Position numbers and translations under genes: made by a program
The notes under the pieces: generated by a model
Database searches by the model: none
What the model saw: only the letters and a program-made list of their open reading frames with translations
What the model was told of the DNA's origin: nothing
In this document: in pieces, positions 37,943-47,837 of the stretch
Position numbering within the stretch: position 1 is the first letter of the stretch
How the letters are laid out: each line of letters opens with the position of its first letter
DNA from: an uncultured Nitrospiraceae bacterium
GTDB taxonomy: Bacteria > Nitrospirota > Thermodesulfovibrionia > Thermodesulfovibrionales > UBA6898
Assembly: GCA_963811165.1 (NCBI GenBank)
Contig: CAWEQH010000010.1
Coordinates: 64,001 to 128,000 of the forward strand
Reading direction: 5' to 3'
DNA length: 64,000 nt

Positions 37943-39982
37943 TTACGCGGATACCAATGTAGTTTCGATCAATCCCGCCACGTCGAGGATGAGTGCGACC
38001 TTTCCGTCGCCGAGAATCGTTCCGCCTGCAATACCGCGCACATTCGGTATTGAGGCACCGAGGTTCTTGATCACGATCTGCTGCTGCCCTATAAGTTCGT
38101 CTACGAGCAGACAGCATCTTTTGTTATCATTGGCCGTTACGACCACTGTGGCCTGGGATGGGTCCTTCATGCCTTCCGGCGCGCAAAGCCCTTCATAGAG
38201 TCTTATCAGGGGAATATATTCGTCTCGCACCCGGACGACCTCTCCTTTTTCGTTTAGGGACCCGAGATCGTCTTTCGCAGGCCTCAATGATTCCACAACC
38301 GACGTGAGCGGTATTACATAAACCTCTTTGCCTACGCGTGCGACAAGGCCGTCGATAATGGCGAGCGTGAGAGGCAGTTTTATCGAAAAGGTCGTCCCGC
38401 CCCCCGGCCTGCTTAGTACTGTCACCTTCCCGTCAAGAGACCCGATGTTCTTTTTTACGACATCGAGTCCGACTCCCCTGCCGGAGATATCGGTCACTCT
38501 TTCGGTCGTCGAAAAACCCGGGAGAAATATGAAAGAGTAAACCTCTTCGTCCGTAAGCCGCGCTCCTGCTTTCGTCAGCCCACTCTCAACGGCCTTCCGG
38601 AGTATCCGTTCCCTGTCTAATCCTCTGCCGTCGTCTTCTACCTCAATGCATACGGAATTGCCCACCTGATACGCGATAAGGTGGATCGTACCATGGGCAG
38701 GCTTGCCCTTTTGTAGCCTCTCTTGAGCGGGTTCGATCCCGTGGTCTATCGCGTTTCTGATGAGGTGGACGAGCGGGTCGGTGATCTTTTCTATTACCCC
38801 TTTGTCAAGTTCGGTCTCCTCTCCCGACATGACAAGTTCCACTTGCGTATTCTTGCTTCCCGAGAGTTCTCGCACAAGCCTCACGAACCGCTGAAATATC
38901 TCCCTGACCGGCAGCATCCTGAGCGACATTGCACTTTCCTGTATGTCTTTGCCTATGCGCGTAAGCTGCGAGAACACTTTTTCAAGGTCCTCGGGCATAT
39001 CTGAATTCCCCCCGTCTTCGCAGATTATCCGATGGAGGATGGAGTGTGATATGACCATCTCACCTATCAAGTTGAGGAGGGCGTCGAGCTTTTTCAGATC
39101 GACCCTGATAGTCGAGGAAACGGATTTGTTGAAGGACTCGATCTTCTTGAGTCTCTGTTTTTCGATAACGTGCTCTATGTCGTCTGCGGCGACCTTGTCC
39201 CGCGCAAGAAGGATATCACCCAATCTCCTCTGATGGCCAAGCGCAGCGGCGACGTCTTCGGCCCTGGCGGCCCCCTCTTCGACGAGCATGTGCCCCAGGA
39301 GCGGTTCCTTCTCTAAAGAGGTAACAGGGAATATTCTTATCTCGCTTCCCTTGCGGACGAAGTCGAAAACATTACGTATTTCTTCTGCGGGTTTTTCAGT
39401 CCTTAGCAGTATGTCCCATCTTAGATATATCTCATCGTAGTGTATTTCGGAAAGAGGAGGTACAGGTTCCGTGTCGGCCTGTATCGAGAGGATCTCCCCG
39501 ATTTCTCTTAACTGAGAAATTATCGACGAGGGGTCATGGCCCTCCTTGAAGAGAGACCTGTCCGGGATAAATATTATCTTGTAGAGTCTTGCGCAGCCCT
39601 TCTTTCGTATGTCTTCGATTATCTCTAGAACGCCGGTGCGGCGATCGCTTGCAACCGTCTTGTCCGTCCCGATTGCAGAGACCATTTCCCTGATCAGGTC
39701 GCCACCCGCAAGGACTGCGCCGATCAAATTTTTGTCGGGCCGGAGTCTCTCCTGCCGAACGAGGTCGAGCAGTCCTTCAATATGATGGGTGAATTCGCAG
39801 ATTTCACTCAGTCCCACGGAGCCGCTGCAGCCCTTGATGGTATGAACCGCTCTAAAAACCCCGTTTATGAGTTCCTTATCGCCGGGGGATTTTTCAAGCT
39901 GCAGCAGACCGTCCTCCAGCTCCGATAGCCTTTCCATGGCCTCCTCTACAAAGGTCATCTGCAATTTCTGGTAATCGATCAT
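37943..39982 (-). CDS. cheA: Chemotaxis histidine kinase CheA
   Basis: FRAVHTIKG Hpt, HLIRNAIDHGIE, SGRGVGLDVV, C-terminal CheW domain. Confidence 0.95.
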   Translation of the reverse strand: MIDYQKLQMTFVEEAMERLSELEDGLLQLEKSPGDKELINGVFRAVHTIKGCSGSVGLSEICEFTHHIEGLLDLVRQERLRPDKNLIGAVLAGGDLIREMVSAIGTDKTVASDRRTGVLEIIEDIRKKGCARLYKIIFIPDRSLFKEGHDPSSIISQLREIGEILSIQADTEPVPPLSEIHYDEIYLRWDILLRTEKPAEEIRNVFDFVRKGSEIRIFPVTSLEKEPLLGHMLVEEGAARAEDVAAALGHQRRLGDILLARDKVAADDIEHVIEKQRLKKIESFNKSVSSTIRVDLKKLDALLNLIGEMVISHSILHRIICEDGGNSDMPEDLEKVFSQLTRIGKDIQESAMSLRMLPVREIFQRFVRLVRELSGSKNTQVELVMSGEETELDKGVIEKITDPLVHLIRNAIDHGIEPAQERLQKGKPAHGTIHLIAYQVGNSVCIEVEDDGRGLDRERILRKAVESGLTKAGARLTDEEVYSFIFLPGFSTTERVTDISGRGVGLDVVKKNIGSLDGKVTVLSRPGGGTTFSIKLPLTLAIIDGLVARVGKEVYVIPLTSVVESLRPAKDDLGSLNEKGEVVRVRDEYIPLIRLYEGLCAPEGMKDPSQATVVVTANDNKRCCLLVDELIGQQQIVIKNLGASIPNVRGIAGGTILGDGKVALILDVAGLIETTLVSA

Positions 39983-40037
39983 TTAGATTCCGAACCTCCC
40001 CTGGCCGTATGCGCGGCCTGAGATGTAATCCGTATGT

Positions 40038-40292
40038 TCATAATTGTATTCCCATGGATCTCAGGAAGTTGTTCACCTTTTCAGTTTTCCTTATTATCAG
40101 CTCCCGCCCGGTCCTGGCACATTCTTTTTTGGCCGCTATGAGCAATTGGACGGCGGCAAGATCGACTCTTTTGACCTCATCCATGTCTACTATGACCACA
40201 TCCCATTGTGCGAAAGAGTCCTTAAGACTGGTCAGGAAACCATCGAGGCTGCAAAGGGTAACATCATCTTTCAACGTCAAGATCCCGAACAT
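40038..40292 (-). CDS. STAS-domain protein
   Basis: AAGGAG RBS, VDMDEVKRVDLAAVQLL. Confidence 0.8.
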   Translation of the reverse strand: MFGILTLKDDVTLCSLDGFLTSLKDSFAQWDVVIVDMDEVKRVDLAAVQLLIAAKKECARTGRELIIRKTEKVNNFLRSMGIQL

Positions 40293-40445
40293 CTCTCTAC
40301 TCCTTTCGTTGTCTCGATCAAGTAAAATCCGGGCCTTTTTATGACGGCTTATAAAAAGTCATTACTCCAGTCCTGGGACTGCCTTCTCACGGCATAAGCC
40401 CGGCAGATGAACATACCACTAAGAGGCTAAAACAGCATGTTTAAT

Positions 40446-40473
40446 GAATCGGAATATTTCTCGAATAAGTTTA
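40446..40473 (-). promoter_or_regulatory. Possible sigma28 (FliA) promoter of the chemotaxis operon
   Basis: TAAA-16 nt-TCCGATTC versus consensus TAAA-N15-GCCGATAA. Confidence 0.35.
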
Positions 40474-40856
40474 ATGATCTTTCCGGTATTAATAGAGGTT
40501 TGAAAGGATAATGCAAAAAAACAAGAAATGACGGCAACTTAAGCTAATAATATTAGGAAACTACTTTAATGCTCAGGAAAAGTCATGGTCTTTAATATAG
40601 CCCACTTTCACTCCAGAGATTACGCCGACTTTGCGTTCCTTCATTGTCATATTTTTGTATTGACAAGTGGCCTGTATTGAGGCAAGATTAGTGAGGCAAG
40701 TCAATAAATTGATAAGGATATCTAATATACATTGCTTATCAATATGCTGGGAAAGTGGGCTTATTCCCGACCCGGTTCCTTCATCTTTTTCTCAAAGAAT
40801 CCATCGGGAAGTCAACCGTATTAATCTTTTCATTATAATCTTTTGGAGGTAATGGT

Positions 40857-43800
40857 ATGAGTTTATCAAGAAGAGATTTCCTGAAGCTTTCCGGAGGCAC
40901 GGCTGTTGCGGGAGCTATTGGTGCTGGTCTTGCTCCTCAAGAGGCATCCGCTGCCGAAAAGGAATTAAAGATCCAGGGAGCGAAGGAGACGAAAACGATC
41001 TGTCCTTACTGCTCAGTGGGCTGCGGCATCTCGGTCTACACAAAAGACGGAAAGGTCATCAACACCGAGGGCGATCCGGAGCATCCGACCAATGAGGGGA
41101 CCCTATGCTCCAAAGGCGCATCTTTATATCAGATTATAAACAACCCCCTGCGGTTAACGAAGCCGAAATATCGGGCGCCCGGCGCAACTGAATGGAAAGA
41201 TGTCGAGTGGGACTGGGCCCTTGACGAGATCGCAAAAAGGGTCAAAGAAACACGCGACAAGACTTTTAAGACCATGTCCAAGTCGAAGGTCAAGGAAAAG
41301 CAGCCCGACGGCAGTGAAGTCGAGGCCGAAAAGATGTTTGTCGTCAACAGAACAGACGGTATAGCCCATGTCGGAAGTGCGGCACTCGATAACGAAGAAT
41401 GCTATATGCTCCAGAAGCTACTCAGATCATGGGGACTTGTATATATAGAACACCAGGCCCGAATATGACACTCCGCAACTGTTGCGGCTCTGGCAGAGTC
41501 GTTCGGTCGCGGTGCAATGACGAACAACTGGATTGATATCAAGAACGCCGATGTTATCCTTGTGATGGGGGCGAACCCCGCTGAAAACCATCCGATATCG
41601 ATGAAATGGGTCCTGAGGGCAAAGGACAAAGGGGCGAAGCTCATCGTCGTAGACCCCCGATTTACACGCACGGCCACAAAGGCCGATATCTATGCTCCAA
41701 TGCGCTCAGGTACCGACATCGCCTTCCTGGGCGGGATGATCAAATATATTATCGATAAGAACCTCTATTTCAGGGAATATGTTGCCAATTATACGAATGC
41801 GTCTTTTCTTGTGAATCCCGAGTTCAAAGGTCCGTCGCAGCTCGATGGCCTCTTCTCAGGGTATGACCCCAAGACCAGGAAGTATGACAAAAAGACCTGG
41901 TCATTCCAGATGGACGACAAGGGCATACCGAAAAAAGACTTGACGCTAAGGGACCCCCACTGCGTATTTCAACTGTTAAGGAAACAGTATGCCCGCTATA
42001 CCCCCGAAAAGGTCTCATCCATAACAGGGACGCCGGTAGAAAAACTCATCGAGGTGTATAAGACCTTTGGTTCTACGGGAAGGCCCAATAGATCGGGCAC
42101 TGAGCTTTATGCGATGGGATGGACACAGCATACCATCGGCACGCAAAACATAAGGGCCATGTCGATAATACAGCTGCTTCTAGGGAACATCGGTATCGCA
42201 GGCGGAGGCATCAACGCGCTCAGGGGCGAATCCAACGTGCAGGGATCGACGGACAATGGACTTCTTTTCCATATTCTCCCCGGCTATCTGCCGGTCCCGT
42301 CCGCATCCCTCGTCGACCTGAAGGCCTATATAGAGAAGTTCACGCCTAAGACAAAAGACCCGAAGAGCGTCAACTGGTGGGGGAACCGCTCCAAATATAT
42401 TACGAGTTATCTGAAGGCAATATACGGAAAGAATGCGACCCCCGAAAACGATTTCGGATACACATGGCTCCCAAAGCTTGACGAAGGCATGAACGCCTCC
42501 TGGCTCATGCTTTTCGACCAGATGTTAAAGGGAAAATTCGAGGGCTTCTTTGCCTGGGGTCAAAACCCGGCCTGCTCCGGGTCGAATGCCGGCAAGGTGA
42601 GGAAGGCCCTGGCAAAACTCAAATGGATGGTCAATGTAAACCTCTTCGACAACGAGACAGGCTCCTTCTGGAAGGGGCCGGGGATGAACCCCGCGGAGAT
42701 ACAGACTGAGGTTTTTATGCTGCCTGCAAGTTCTTCAGTCGAGAAGGAGGGAAGTCTCACCAACAGCAGCAGGCTCGCCCAATGGAGATATGTGGCGATA
42801 AAACCTATCGGTGAATCGAAGCCCGATTCCGAGATAATGAACGAGCTCTATCTCAGGGTGAAAAAGCTCTATAAGGAAAAAGGCGGAAAGTTTACTGCGC
42901 CGATCATGAACCTCACCTGGGACTACGGAGAAAAGGGTCCTGACGGAAGGGTGAAGGAAGTGAATATCCATAACGTCGCCAAGGAGATCAACGGCTACTA
43001 CCTTGAGGACGTCTATGACAAGAAAGCTACGCCCCCGAAGCTCCTCGGCAAGAAGGGAGAGCTCTGCGCATCTTTCGTAACCCTCCAGGATGACGGCACT
43101 ACTTCATGCGGAAACTGGATTTACAGCCAGAGCTATACGCAGAAGGAAGGTAAGGTAATAAACATGATGGCCAGGAGGAAGACGACCGATCCGACCGGGC
43201 TCGGTCTATATCCTGAATGGGCATGGTGCTGGCCGGTCAACAGAAGGATACTTTACAACCGCGCTTCGGTAGATCTGAAAGGCAATCCGTGGGACCCCAA
43301 GAGAGCTGTTATCAAATGGAACCCCAATAAGGTTGACCCGAAGACAAAAGAGCCCGCTCCGGGATGGGATGGAGACGTCCCTGATGGTCCTGCGCCGCCC
43401 ATGGCCGACGAAAAAGGGAAATATCCATTTATTATGATGTCCACAGGGGTGGGCGGTATCTTCGGACCGGGTCTTGCAGAAGGGCCGTTCCCTGAACACT
43501 ATGAGGCGCTCGAATGTCCTCTCCAGGAAAATCCTATGTCAAAACAGAGGATAAACCCAACGGTCAAGATCTTTTATGAGAAAGGAAAGGGTTCGGTAGA
43601 AGACGTCTTTGCATCCTGCGATGTCCGGTTCCCGTTTGTGGGGACGACCTACCGTGTGAGCGAGCACTGGCAGACTGGGGTTATGACGAGGCATGTGCCC
43701 TGGCTTTTAGAGATGGTGCCGCAGCAGTTTGTGGAGATGAGCGAGGAACTGGCAAAGGAAAAGGGGATAAAGAACGGCCAGAAGGTGAAGGTCTCATCGG

Positions 43801-44027
43801 CGCGCGGCGAAGTCTGGGCGATCGCAGTGGTAACCCCAAGGTTTAAGCCCTTTAAAGTCGCCGGCAGCACAGTGCATCAGGTGGGACTCCCCTGGTGTTT
43901 TGGGTGGCAGCACCCGGCGGACGGAAGCGGAGGAGACAGCTCCAACCTGCTGACTCCGACGGTAGGCGATGCAAACACGATGATACCCGAGACAAAGGCC
44001 TTCATGGTCAATGTCGAGAAGATATAG
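40857..44027 (+). CDS. fdnG: Formate dehydrogenase alpha subunit, selenocysteine-containing (TGA 41466-41468 = Sec204), Tat-exported
   Basis: SRRDFLK Tat motif, CPYCSVGC, EHQARI-U-HSATVAALAESFGRGAMTN; the two ORF-track pieces are in one frame. Confidence 0.96.
41486..41500 (+). promoter_or_regulatory. SECIS hairpin GGCTCT-GGC-AGAGTC
   Basis: Hairpin at +18 after the catalytic Sec codon. Confidence 0.8.
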
Positions 44028-44036
44028 GAGGCGGAC

Positions 44037-44834
44037 ATGGCGAATGCTAAACCCAAGGGCGTACTCGTAGATTTGACGAGGTGTATCGGATGTCGCGGCT
44101 GTCAGATCGCCTGCAAACAATGGAACGAGCGGTCGGTCAAAAAGACTGTGATGTCCGGCAATTTCACGAACCCTCCGGATCTGAATTCGGAATGTTATAC
44201 AAGGATCAAATTTCATGAGAGGGAAGGACAGCAGGAGAGGATGGGATGGGATTTCACTAAGGTGCAGTGTATGCACTGTCAGGACCCGGCATGCGTATCG
44301 GCATGTCCCGTCGGGGCCTTTACAAAGACACCCGCGGGGCCGGTTATCTACCGCCCGGAAAGATGCATAGGATGCCGGTACTGTATGATCGCCTGTCCTT
44401 TTCAGGTGCCGAAGTACGAGTGGGAAAAGGTTTCTCCCCTGGTCCAGAAATGCACATTTTGCGCAGACAGGATAGCGGCCGGCATGATCCCGGCATGCAT
44501 CAAGGTTTGTCCGGCGGGAGTAATGTATTACGACGATCGGGAAAAGGTGGTCGAGGAGGCCGAAAGAAGGCTTAAAGATAATCCCGGGAAATACATTGAC
44601 CACATTTACGGAAAACAAGAGGCCGGCGGGACCGCATGGATGTATATATCGGCCATGCCTTTCGAACAACTGGGATTTAACACTGTGGTGCCTCACATAG
44701 CTCTTCCGAGCTTTACATGGGCCTCTTTGGCAAAAATACCTTATGCGGTCGGAGGTCTGGTTGTATTGCTTTCGGCTATCGCTTATATCAGAAACAGAGG
44801 TAACGGAGATTCCGCAGGAAAGGGGGATGAATAA
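44037..44834 (+). CDS. 4x[4Fe-4S] beta subunit (FdnH/HybA-like) with a C-terminal TM helix
   Basis: CIGCRGCQIAC, CMHCQDPACVSACP, CIGCRYCMIACP, CTFC...PACIKVCP. Confidence 0.92.
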   Translation: MANAKPKGVLVDLTRCIGCRGCQIACKQWNERSVKKTVMSGNFTNPPDLNSECYTRIKFHEREGQQERMGWDFTKVQCMHCQDPACVSACPVGAFTKTPAGPVIYRPERCIGCRYCMIACPFQVPKYEWEKVSPLVQKCTFCADRIAAGMIPACIKVCPAGVMYYDDREKVVEEAERRLKDNPGKYIDHIYGKQEAGGTAWMYISAMPFEQLGFNTVVPHIALPSFTWASLAKIPYAVGGLVVLLSAIAYIRNRGNGDSAGKGDE

Positions 44835-44836
44835 TC

Positions 44837-45970
44837 ATGAACAATAATGCGAATAAAATACCTCTTTTTTCATTCGGGACTTTGATAGTGCTGGTGCTGA
44901 TAGGCCTCGGCGCCATCGCGGCCTTTTACAGGTTTTCACACGGCTTGGGAGCTTCGACGGACTTGAAAGACAATTTCCCGTGGGGCTTATGGGTAGGGTT
45001 CGACGTATTGAGCGGGGTCGCGCTTGCCGCAGGGGGGTTTACTATTACCGCAGCTGCGTATATCTTCAATATGAAAAAGTATAAATCCATAACCCGGCCC
45101 GCGATCCTGACTGCATTTATCGGATATCTGATGGTGGTCTGCGGACTTGTTGTGGATATCGGGCAGCCGCTGAGGTTCTGGCATCCTCTGGTTATGTGGA
45201 ACTACCGGTCGGTTATGTTTGAGGTCGTCATGTGTATAACCCTTTATACTACAGTGCTTGCCCTGGAATTTGCACCCGCCGTCCTTGAAAGGCTGCAATG
45301 GACCGGCCTGCTCAAGATACTGAAGTTCTTCATGTTCCCCCTGGTGATTGCGGGTATTGTGCTCTCTTTTCTTCATCAGTCCTCTCTGGGGGCATTTTAT
45401 CTTATCGCTCCCGCAAAGCTTTCGAAGCTCTGGTACTCTCCGCTCATGCCTCAGCTTTTCTATCTCTCTGCGATCGCCCTTGGTCTTGCGATGGTCTCTT
45501 TTGAATCGATTGTGAGCGCCAAGGTATTCAAAAGAGAGCCTGAAAGGGACATCATCAAGGGTCTGGGCAAAGGAACGGCTATTGCGTTGCTTATATATCT
45601 TGTCGTAAAGATCGCAGATCTGGCGGTCAGGGGAGTCATCCCGCTGGTGTTCGATGGAAACACGGCCGGCAAGTATTTTATTGCCGAGTTGCTGGTGGGG
45701 GTCATAATCCCAATGGCGATGCTTTCGATTAGAAAGGTCAGGGAGTCTGTAGGAGGGGTCCTGTTTTCAGTGACCCTTGTCATAATAGGGATGGTATTTA
45801 ACCGGTTCAACGTCACCTTTTTTGCCCAGACCTCATCAGGTGCTGCCTATTTCCCGACCTGGAGAGAGATGGCAATATCCGTCGGCCTCATCTGCCTTGG
45901 GATATTTCTCTACAGGCTTGCGGTGAAGTTCCTGCCCATCCTGCCGGAGGGGGAGGCCGGTCATCAATGA
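44837..45970 (+). CDS. NrfD/HybB-family membrane anchor
   Basis: PWGLWVGFDV, RPAILTAFIGY, SVMFEV, LHQSSLG. Confidence 0.9.
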   Translation: MNNNANKIPLFSFGTLIVLVLIGLGAIAAFYRFSHGLGASTDLKDNFPWGLWVGFDVLSGVALAAGGFTITAAAYIFNMKKYKSITRPAILTAFIGYLMVVCGLVVDIGQPLRFWHPLVMWNYRSVMFEVVMCITLYTTVLALEFAPAVLERLQWTGLLKILKFFMFPLVIAGIVLSFLHQSSLGAFYLIAPAKLSKLWYSPLMPQLFYLSAIALGLAMVSFESIVSAKVFKREPERDIIKGLGKGTAIALLIYLVVKIADLAVRGVIPLVFDGNTAGKYFIAELLVGVIIPMAMLSIRKVRESVGGVLFSVTLVIIGMVFNRFNVTFFAQTSSGAAYFPTWREMAISVGLICLGIFLYRLAVKFLPILPEGEAGHQ

Positions 45971-46046
45971 TCCGAAAACCTGTCCTCTCCCGGGGAGGGA
46001 GAGGACAAGGCCGCCTGAGGGCAAAGAGTGAAAGGTCGGTGCCGCT

Positions 46047-46634
46047 ATGAACTGGAGACCATATGCGGCGCTTATCCTCCTGTTTTGTCTGCCTGCCTTC
46101 GCAGCCGAGCGCACGAACGTCCCCATCGCAGACTCTCCGCAGCTTGGACCCCGCAACGCTCCCGTCACCATCGTAGAGTTTCTTGATTTTCAGTGACCGC
46201 ACTGCAAGGCGGCCGGTCCGACCGTCAGGAAAATTATGGATACCTTCAAAGGCAAGGTAAGGCTTGTAATCAAAAACTACCCGTATATATACCGTGATTA
46301 TTCACATATGGCGGCCGAGGCAGCACTTTCGGCCGGCGATCAGGGCAGATACTGGGAGATGCACGACATGCTTCTTAAAAATTCGCCAAAACTGGACCGG
46401 GACAGCCTGTTGCGGTACGCAAAGGAAATCGGTCTCGATATGAAGGCCTTTACGGATTCTCTTGACAGGATGAAGCACTCTGCGCTAATCGAAAGGGACA
46501 AAAAGTTAGCCGTCGACCTCGGTCTGTATAGTACGCCGACTTTTTTTATTAACGGCAGAAAGGTCGTCGGGGACGTTCCATATGATTATCTGAAAAAAAT
46601 CGTGGAAGAGGAGTTGAGGAATGCCAGGAGATAA
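46047..46634 (+). CDS. DsbA-like thioredoxin-fold selenoprotein (UPHC; TGA 46194-46196 = Sec50)
   Basis: Signal peptide, GPRNAPVTIVEFLDFQ-U-PHC in frame with ORF 46236-46634 (TPTFFING). Confidence 0.88.
46208..46226 (+). promoter_or_regulatory. Putative SECIS hairpin of the DsbA-like gene
   Basis: GGCGG-CCGGTCCGA-CCGTC stem-loop from +12 to +30 after the TGA. Confidence 0.5.
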
Positions 46635-47703
46635 AAAGCCCTTGCGAATCGTTCATGCGTGTATCTGTCTGCTTTTAGTACTTATCGGGCAGGCCTCAGC
46701 GGTCAACGCGGATACCCTCGGGCCTCTTCGGACTGTACCTGTTCCTGCGAATAATCTCCAGACGCCGGAGAAGATCGAACTCGGGAAGAAATTGTTTTTT
46801 GACAGGAGGCTTTCAGGCGACGGCACGATGAGCTGCGCCACATGCCATAACCCGGAGCTGGCCTTCACAGACGGGCTCGACATATCCCTCAGTTATCCGA
46901 CCACGAAGAACTGGAGGAATTCGCCTACGCTTATCAACGTCGCCTTCCGGAAATACCTGTTTCATGACGGAAGGGCGCAGACGCTCGAAGAACAGGCGCT
47001 TTTCCCGATGATGTCCGCCTTTGAAATGAACAAGAACCTCGACTACCTCGAGGAACATATAAGGTCGGTGCCGGAATATGCCGGGGAGTTCAGGAAGGTC
47101 TTTGGCGCAGAGGTGACGCGGGGGAGGATCGCGATGGCCATTGCCTCTTTCGAAAGGACGCTGATATCAAAAAATGCGCCCCTCGATCTGTTTTTGCAAG
47201 GCGATGGTAAAGCCCTTTCAGCCGGCGCGAGACGGGGCCTGGAGGTCTTCAAAGGAAAAGGGCGGTGCAGCGACTGTCATTTAGGCGCGGACCTTACCGA
47301 TGATAAGTTCTTTGCCCTGAACGTGCCGGAGAATCCGAAATTGCTCGATGACCCGCGAGTTACCACGACCATGCGCTTTGTGGCAAAGATCTACCATTAT
47401 GAAGAGTACCGCAACCTCAAGGAGGACCTGGGCCGATATCTTATCACGAAGGACAAAAAAGACCGGAAGGCCTTCAGGACCCCGACGCTTCGGGATATCG
47501 CAAAGACCGCCCCCTATATGCATAACGGCGTGTTCAGTTCTCTTGAGGAGGTCATTGATTTCTTCAATGACGGAGGGGGAGAAGGTAACACTGCCCTTAA
47601 ACCGCTCGGACTGACGGCGGAGGAAAAAAAGGACCTCAAGACATTCCTTGCCGGGGCCCTCTCAGGCGAAGAATTAGTAATCAAAGTTCCCGAAATACCG
47701 TAA
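46621..47703 (+). CDS. Di-heme cytochrome c peroxidase/MauG-family protein
   Basis: LGKKLFFDRRLS, CATCH, RNSPT, CSDCH, FRTPTLR..TAPYMHNG. Confidence 0.9.
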   Translation: MPGDKKPLRIVHACICLLLVLIGQASAVNADTLGPLRTVPVPANNLQTPEKIELGKKLFFDRRLSGDGTMSCATCHNPELAFTDGLDISLSYPTTKNWRNSPTLINVAFRKYLFHDGRAQTLEEQALFPMMSAFEMNKNLDYLEEHIRSVPEYAGEFRKVFGAEVTRGRIAMAIASFERTLISKNAPLDLFLQGDGKALSAGARRGLEVFKGKGRCSDCHLGADLTDDKFFALNVPENPKLLDDPRVTTTMRFVAKIYHYEEYRNLKEDLGRYLITKDKKDRKAFRTPTLRDIAKTAPYMHNGVFSSLEEVIDFFNDGGGEGNTALKPLGLTAEEKKDLKTFLAGALSGEELVIKVPEIP

Positions 47704-47837
47704 GAGAAAAAAGCTGCGAAGAGGGCCGAGAAGGAAGAAAATTTGTTTAAGCGGGAGATTAGGACCATGAGGACAAGATCATGATAAAATGAATATATGG
47801 AGTTGAACCCGATGTCATCAAAGCCCTTCAGGTAAAT

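Noticed and set aside
40320..40445. Riboswitch (e.g. c-di-GMP) in the chemotaxis operon leader
   Set aside because: Short hairpins are present, but I could not match a known aptamer consensus; an Rfam/Infernal scan would decide.
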